Source: Pirellula staleyi DSM 6068 (GTDB lineage Bacteria > Planctomycetota > Planctomycetia > Pirellulales > Pirellulaceae). Taken from it: a stretch of DNA of 32,000 nt. Below, piece after piece: positions 7,229 through 16,200 of the stretch. Made by a program: the position numbers and the translations under genes. Below the pieces are notes generated by a model, which was not told the origin of the DNA, ran no database searches, and worked only from the letters and a program-made list of their open reading frames with translations. The DNA is taken from the NCBI GenBank assembly GCA_000025185.1, contig CP001848.1:4170001-4202000 (forward strand), given 5' to 3'. Within the stretch, counting starts at the first letter, position 1. Each line of letters opens with the position of its first letter.

Positions 7229-10200
7229 GTGAAGCGTCGTCTCAACCCCCGTCGGCAAGATCTTCAAGCCCAGCAGCGAGCCTCCTTCCTAGGACTAGGA
7301 CGAGCCACTCGTCCGCGCGTCACTCGCCGTGGCCTGTTCGAAATGCTCGAACGTCGCGAAGTGATGGATGCCACCTACCACGACCTGTCAGCCAGTAACT
7401 TCTCGCAAGACTGGACCAACACCGGACTAATTACTACCAACGATAACTGGGGCGGTGTACCAAGTATCGAAGGTTACCTTGGGCAAAATATCACGACCGC
7501 TTCTAACGGCGCTGATCCTCAGGGGCTTTTGACTGTAAGCGCGGTTGCAAATGATCTCGATGTGATCGCAAATCAAACCAATACAACAATTAATAACGGC
7601 GGCATTGCTGAATTTGAACTCGCCGGCAATCCAACGATTGCTTTTCAAGGTTCAGGCACCGCAGACGCTCCATATATCATCGTTTATTTGAACACTACTG
7701 GGCGCGAGAACATCACTTTCTCGTACAACGCCCGCGACATTGACAGCACTCCAACAACTCCACCCTCTGAAGAAGATGCGATTCAGAAGGTCGCTGTTCA
7801 GTATCGTGTTGGTAACACTGGGGATTTCACAAATCTACCGACGGCATACATTCCCGATGCGACAGCTTCTCCAGGCGCGACTCTTATCACGCCGGTAAGT
7901 GTTGTGTTACCAGCAGCAGCAAACAATGTTGCTCAACTACAAATTCGTGTGATCACTTCCAACGCTCAAGGCAGTGATGAGTGGGTAGGGATTGATGACA
8001 TTCTCGTAACTAGCACAGCTGCTGGCGGTGGCGGTAACGCCGCGCCGGTTCTGGCCGATGGCAACTTTGTCGTCACCACGATCGACGAAGATGTGACCGA
8101 TGCAGCCAACACCGGCATGACCGTGACGGCGCTGATCGCTTCGGCCGGTGATCCGATTACCGACACCGATGCCGGAGCACTCGAAGGGATTGCGGTGACG
8201 GCGGTCGACAACACCAACGGCAGCTGGCAATACAGCCTCACCGGTGTGGCACCTTGGACGGCGTTTGGCACACCGACCGCTGCGGCAGCTCGGCTGCTTC
8301 CGGCCGACGGCACCGCGCGTGTGCGATTTGTGCCGAATGCCAACTTCAACGGGGTGATTAACACGGGGCTGACGTTCCGCGCGTGGGATCGCACGACCGG
8401 CACCAGCGGCGGCACTGCCGACACGCAAACGGCTGGCGGCACCACCGCCTTTAGCACCGCCACCGATGCGGCCGCGCTCACCGTGACGTCGGTGAACGAT
8501 GCCCCGACCATCACCCCCATTGCCAATCAGAATACCGCCAGCGGTGTTGCTGTCGGACCGATCGCCTTCACCATCACCGACGTTGATAACGATGTCGCCA
8601 CGTTCGTGAGCCCCACGAACATCTCTGGCTCGTCAGACAACACGACAGTGGTTCCCAATGCCAACATCGTGTTTGGTGGCAGCGGTGCCAGCCGCACGGT
8701 CACCGTCACCCCAGCGGCAGGGCAATCGGGAACGGCAGTCATCACCGTCACGATCAACGACGGTGGCGTGGGTGGCACGGTTACCGAAACGTTCGACATG
8801 GTGGTTGCAGCTCCAGTGCTCAACACACCTGTCGTCACACTGCTAGGGGCAAACGCCACCTTCACCGAAGATGGTGCGGCTGCGGTTGTCGATGCCTTTC
8901 TCACCGTCACCGATGCCGATTCGACCAACCTCACCGGCGCCACGATCACCATCACTAACTTGCTCGATGGTGCAGCTGAATCTCTTGCTCCTAACGTGGG
9001 CAGCACCCCGATTATCGGCAGCTACCTCAATGGTGTCCTCACCCTGAGCGGCACGGCGACCGTTGCACAATACCAGCAAGTCCTGCGTACGATCACCTAC
9101 AGCAACACTTCGCAGAATCCAAGCACTACGCCCCGATCGATCAGCTTCGTGGTGACCGACGGCACCAACAGCAGCGCCGTGGTGAACAAGTCGGTGAATG
9201 TAGTCTCGGTGAACGATAACCCCACGAGCGTCACCCAACTTCCACCGCAAACCATTCAGGTGGGACAGACCGTTAACTTCGTGCTGAACGTCACCGATCC
9301 GGATGACAGTTTGTTTGAACTGTTTGTTATTTCGAACACGAATTTTACCGCAGCTCAGGCAGACTTTGTCAGCTCTGGCTTAGTCGCTTCACCAGAGTTC
9401 AGTGTGACCGGTGTGGCACCTGGCGTTGCAACCATCACTTACCAGGTTCGCGATGACGAATCCGGAACTGGATTGGCCTCGTTCGGCTCATTTGAGGTTA
9501 CCGTCGTTCCCGCTGCAGCAGCCGAGACCGAAGTTGCGGTCTCTGGCAATCAGCTTGTCATTTCCGACATTGGCAACGCCTCGGACGACAACCTCACACT
9601 TTCGATCGATTCCAGCGTTAACCCTCCCGTCTTTGTAATCGCTGATCCAACCAACACCCTCACCACCACGATTGCTGGCGCGACAGGTAACGGAACTAAC
9701 GAACTCCGAATTCCGCTCACCTCGCCTGACCTGGCAACTGTCACAGGTTTGCGAGTTGACACAGGCGCTGGCAACGATACCCTCGCCCTCGACTTCAGCA
9801 ATGGTGCTTTTGCCCTTCTGGGAAATGGTTACTCGGTCGATTTCGTCGGCGGCACCGGGAGCGACGAACTGCAACTCCTCGGCGGCGTTTGGGACACCAA
9901 CCAGTACGACTACGATATTGCCACCGGCCCAACCGATGGCTTTGCAGGCACCATCACGCTGACCGATGTGCTGGTCTCTTCGCTCACGGTGAACTTCGAA
10001 GGCCTCGAGCCGATCCTCAACACCGGCACGGTGACTGATGTCATCTTCAACCTCCCTGCGGTGGCGAATGGTGTCTTCCTCGAAGACAACGGCATAGCCG
10101 CCGATAACATCAGCCGACTCCGCAGCGATGGCACGTTCGAACTCACCGACTTTACGAACCCCACCGGTTCACTCACGGTGAACATGACCGGAGCCTTTTC

Positions 10201-13200
10201 CGACACGGTAATTCTCTCGGGCTTCGACGTTGCCTCGGCTATACCTGTCGTGAACGTCAACACCTCCGATGGCGACGATACTGTTTCGGTCCTCGCAACC
10301 GCTGCTGCCACCGACACAAACATTAGCACCGGCAATGGTATCTCCGACCTGGTGGTGATCGGTCGTGTGTCGTCGGCTGCTGCAGGAACTGGCTCGCTAG
10401 CGAATATCCTCGGCGACATCAACACGCTAGATCCCAATAACATGGATCTGACTGTCGACAACGGTGCCGACGCATCCAATCGCGATTGGCTCATCAGCTC
10501 GCCAGGTGTAGCTCAGGGCCGGATTGCGACCACAGGATTAGGCTTGATCTCGTACGACACAGGTTCCACGAACACGCTCAGCCTTCAAACTGGAACCGGC
10601 AGCGATGAGTTTACGTTCGATTTCACCGGTGGCAATCCCACCGATCCGCTCCCCTTTGCTGGCTTTAATATTAGCGCTGGTGCCGGTGCAGGTAGCGACT
10701 CGATAGTGCTCCAAGGTAGCCCAACGTTCGGCACCGTTACGCATAGCTTTACCAACGACAACGATGGCAACATCGCCATCGAAGGTGCTGACATCAACTA
10801 CATCGGCCTCGAGCCGATTATCGACAACCTCGATGTCAACAACCGCATCTTCAACTTCGCTCAAGAGGTGGATCCTGTTAGCCTGACCCGAGTGAGCGGA
10901 ACTCTCACCCGCATCGAATCGACGGTCAACGAGCAAGTCGACTTCACCACGCCGAACACGTCGCTCACGATTAACGGTTCGGTGACTGCCGGCGCCTTCG
11001 TGCTGCAAGTGCTCGATCTCGCTGACGACTACAACACGGCCACCAACACCATCAACCCCAATTCGACCGGCTTTAGCTCTACCACCTTCGAGACGACGGG
11101 CGACGCCGCCAGCAACTGGATCGTCAACGGTGCCAACAACTTCCAAAATGTGGTCACGGTGAGCCCAGCAGCTGGGACACTCGACAACATCCAGGGTTCG
11201 ATCACCTTCTTCGGTGGCACCGGAAACGCCGACGTTCTCTTCGTGCTCGACTACTCAGACACCGACGACAACACCTACACGCTCGATTCACCTGTACCAG
11301 GCAGCTTTACGATCGACCGCGTCGGTGCAGGTCTCATCACGCACGACTTGGCGGTGGAAGTTGTTCAGCTCGATGCTGGCCGAGGTAACGATACCATCAA
11401 CGTGAACGCCACCAGTGGCGAGGCCTTTACCGAAGTCGAAGGTGGACTTGGCGATGACAGCTTCGGCGTCAACGCTAGCCGACTCGGTGAGGGTGGAACT
11501 GATGGAACCGTCGAACTCATCGGGAACGATGATGACGACACGTTCGACATCTTCATCACCACCCTTGCTGGCATCTCCGCCCCGCTGTCGATCGATGGTG
11601 GAGCCAATAACTTTGCTGTCGATGGCAGCCGCGACACGGTGAATGTTAACGATGTCGTTGGGCTTGGTGCTCTGGTTGCCACCGCCACCTATGGTGCTGG
11701 TTCCGACTTCACCCTCAGCGGTGCGTTGCTGGTGAATGATCTGAACGTCACCCAGGCCGAAACGATCCGCTACTTTGGTGGCGGTGGCGGTGACCAAATC
11801 ACCGTGGTTGGCACCGGTGCCTCCGACGACCTGATCACCGCTGTGCCTCTCAACTCCTTTACAACCCTGGTGTTCAACAACTCACCAGCGGACGCGAGTG
11901 GTCCGTTCAACGGCCCGCCTGAAGATTTCACCACACGCATTCCCGGCGTTTCCGGCGGAAGCGTTCGTCCTGATCTCTACCTCACCGGTTTGGATTCGAC
12001 CACCGGCCTGACCATCTCCGATCCAGGTCCAGGAACTGGCGATCGACTTTACGTTTACGGCCAAAGCGAAGTCGAAGTCAACGACACACTTGCCTTCGAT
12101 CCGTTTGGTTTCGGCGCAGGGGTGATCGTTCCTGCGGTTACTGTTGGCACTGCCTACGACACGATTGTGGTCGACGACACTTCGGTGTCGGTGAACAACT
12201 TTGTTGTCGTCAACTACAACAACACCGACTTCGTGCAGGCTGATCCACTCACCGAAGCTTCGGTGGTTGTGAACAGCGGTTTCGAAGGGAACGTGGTTGG
12301 CACTGCCGACGATATTGCGGTCACCCTGAGCCCGAACTATCGCTTCACCATCAACGGTGGCGATCCCGACCCAGTCACCACGGGTATTGTTCCCCCGAAT
12401 GGCGATCGGTTGTCGATTACCAACACAGCGGATGTCGTGAATATTTGGTCGACGAAAGATCCACTCGGGATCGACCTGCCGATCATCACGATCGATTACG
12501 TTGGCAGTGGACTCGTTCCAATCAGCTTTAGCTCGATCGAAGACTTCGGCACGATCAACGCCACGACAGTGAACCTGATTGGCGACAACAACGATGCTGG
12601 AATCGATCAGAACGATGACTTCCGAGTCTTCGGCGCCGACACCGATGGCGATCCAACCGATGGGGGCTATCAAGAGTTCGTTCTCTTCATCAACAACTCA
12701 CCGACAGCCTTGTCATTCAACAACGTGAAGTTTTTGAATGTGTTTGGCTTCGATCAAGTGAGTGGCGGTCTCGACAACCCTGTGGCTGGCGACGACAGCA
12801 ACATTGATACGCTCGAACTCACACCTTATGCCGACAACTCAGGCACAAACGGCAACAATGCTCCGACAGGCTGGGGCATCGATGTCTTCTTCAATGAAGG
12901 CGAGCCCAACGGCACCGATGGCGCGCAAGATTTGATCATCTACCACACGTCGCTCGGATTTGGTGGCGGCGGAAGTGTGTCGGAAGATATCGTCGTGGTT
13001 CCTTCGGGTCCCGACAACGGTGAAATCCGCGTCACCAATGCTGTCGATGGCAGTTTGATCGTGGTGATTCAGTACGTCGCCAACACCGACTTGATCTTCC
13101 AAGACGATGATGGCTCGCTCACCGATAGCGACACTCTCACGCTGCTGGGCACCGTTCCAGTTACCGCTCAAACTAGCGGTGATGACGATTTCGAAATCGA

Positions 13201-16200
13201 CATGCAAGCTGCCGGCGACGTGGCGAATCCTTGGATTACCGTCACCGACGCCGATTCCAACTTGATCCTCTATCGCGTGCGAAACTTTGTCGGCTTCCCG
13301 ACTATCAGCATCGATACCTTGGCTGGTGACGATGCCGTACTTGTCAATAACAACGCCACCCAGCGGATCGAAGTGTCGCTGGGTGAAGGCGACGACTTAT
13401 TCAATGGCGACTTGAACGGCACTGGCACTTCACTCTCGCTGAATGCACCCGTTTATGGTGGTAGTGGCAACGACATACTGCTGGGTACAAGCGAGGCAGA
13501 TGTTCTTCATGGCGAGGGTGGTTTCGATTCGATCAACGGCGGCGATGGCGCCGACACGCTCTATGGTGGCGACGATATCGACACCTTCAGCGTGATAGCT
13601 GGCGAAGGACTCGACTTCATCTCGGGTGGCAGCGGTTCGACGGACCAAGTGGTTTACAATTCCAGTGTTGCCGAAGTCGCTTCACTTCGCAGCATCTCGG
13701 GTACCGGCGTGGTACTGACGGTCGGTGGCAACCAAGTCTTCGGTGCCAGCGACATCGAGTCGGTTCGATTGGTTTACTCCGGGCAAATAACGCTGACACT
13801 CGAGGACCTCGAGCAGTCGTCGGTGGTCGATGTACAAGTTCGACTTAACTCCGCTGCTGTCGACAGCTTGACAGTCAATGGCTCCCAAGTCTCCGATCAA
13901 ATCTCGGTGGTGCCAGGTGCCGACGGACTGTTTGTCGATGGTCTCCCTTACGATCTGAACATCAGCACCGCTCAGCCAACCGATACGCTGACGATCCTCG
14001 GCCTCGGTGGCAACGACAACCTCATCGCTACCGAAGCTGCGGCAGCACTAATGACCCTCACCTTCGATGGTGGTGCTGGCGATGACTACCTCAGCGCCAA
14101 TGCCACGCTGATTGGTGGCGACGGCAACGACACGCTGATTGGCGGCAGTGGCAATAACATCCTCATCGGTGGAGCAGGCAACGATCTGATCCGCGGCGGA
14201 GCCGGGGACGACACCATCGACGGTGGCGACGGCGACGACACGATCGTGGGTGGCACAGGTGCCGACACCATCGATGGCGGTGCCGATTTCGATACGATCT
14301 TGGTCGAAGGAACTTCGGCGAACGATCGCATTAGTGTGCAGCAAGATACGCCAACGCAGATTCAGTACGAAGTGAGCAATCAGTTCACGCCGGGTGTCGA
14401 TGGTGTGATTGGTGGCGTCGGAACCGAAGTCGATATCCTCAGCAGTGGCTCGGTCGAAGAGATCAAGGTGCTGGCTGGTGCGGGAGACGATCAGATTCTC
14501 GTCCGTCAGGCCGATGGCTTGATCTCCACAAACAGCCAAGCTCTGTCGCTTCGCGTGACGGTTGATGGTGGCTCGCCAGGAGCCAGCGATCGTCTGACGA
14601 TTGTCGACGATGGAGCGGGAGATACGGTCATCCATCGCATTAGTGCTACGCCAGGTTCGGGCTCGTACACGATCGGCGCACTGGCACCGATTTTCTACGA
14701 CGGCATCGAATACACGAGCATGTCGCAGATCGATCCGATCACAGGCGGCACTGGCACCGATGGTCTTGGAAATGGTCGTCTGTATGTCTTCAAGGCAGAC
14801 ACCTACGAGCAGAACAACACGCTCCCGAACGCGACATTCCTCGGTTCGGGGGCTTCGATCAACATCGATCCTGTGATCGATCCAGGTCCTGATGCCGTGT
14901 TTGGCGTGGGTGGCGATGAAGATTGGTATCGACTGGTGGCCGAACAAACGGGCACACTCGATATCCGTGTCTTCTTCCGCTTGCAGCCAACCCTTGCCAA
15001 CGGTCGCCTCGGATTGCCCGGCAACGGCAACCTTGATATTGCGGTCTACGATCTCGATGGCACCGACATCACCAGCACGTTCCGCGTGGTGGGTGCTGCC
15101 GGCGACGAACGAGTTCGCATTCCAGCGGTCGAAGGTCAAACCTATTACTTGCGAGTTCGTGCAAGCACTGCCAACCCCGATGCTGTCAACGTTTACAACA
15201 TCAACGTTGTGAACGATGCTCCGCCCGTGGCTTACGGTCTTGAACTAAACGACCTCGTTGCCTCGGGAACGATTGTCAACTCGATCAGCGCCGTGAGCTT
15301 TATCGGACCTGCGAGCTTGTCGACAGTCGACGACTTCTACAACGGTAAGTGGGTCTACATCACAGCCGGTGCTCGCGCTGGCGAACGTGCTCTCGTCACG
15401 GACTATGTGGGTGCCACTCGCACCTTCACCCTGGCTGCTGGCACAAGTGGACTCACCGGTGCACCAGGGCTCGTGACGTTCCAGGTCGAAAGCTTCGATA
15501 CGGGACGCTCGCAGCTTGATAACCTGACGCGCGACACCACGCCCACGATTGTCTTCCGCCTCGACGACGGCATCTTCCTGAACGATGTTCAAGGCAATGG
15601 CGTGGCCGGAAATCCACCGGTGGGAGCCGTTGCGATTCCGTTCCGCACAGGTCCAGTGGTCGCTGGTCAAGCTGGCTACGCGATTGCGATCTTCGATGAA
15701 GGTGCAAGCCCCAACGGCAGCGGCACGGCTCCTCAGACGCCGATTGGCTACGCCACGCAGATCAGCCCCGGTTTGTATGAGTTCACTCCGACGGTGGCAC
15801 TGGCAGAAGGTTCGCACTTCTTATCGGCCCGCGTTGAAATGCGTGGCAGCGATACGCCGCAACAAATTGCCTACGGTGATCGCAGCAGCTTGCTCGAAAT
15901 CGTAGTCGACTCGACCGCACCACTGGTTGATTTCGGTCTCTACAACGTGCTCGGCGATGGTCTGGTGGCCGATAGCGATAGTGGTGTGATTGGCGATCAA
16001 ACCACCAGCGACACCACCCCATCGTTCTTCGGTCGCGCTGAATCCGATGCGATTGTTCGGCTGTATGTCGACAGTAACGGCAACGGTGTGTTCGATAACA
16101 CTGATCTTCAGATCGGTCAGACGGTGGCTCAGCCATTCGACGGCACCAATCAGTTCCCGAATGGTCAGTGGGAAATCACGTCGCTCTACGACCTCAACAA

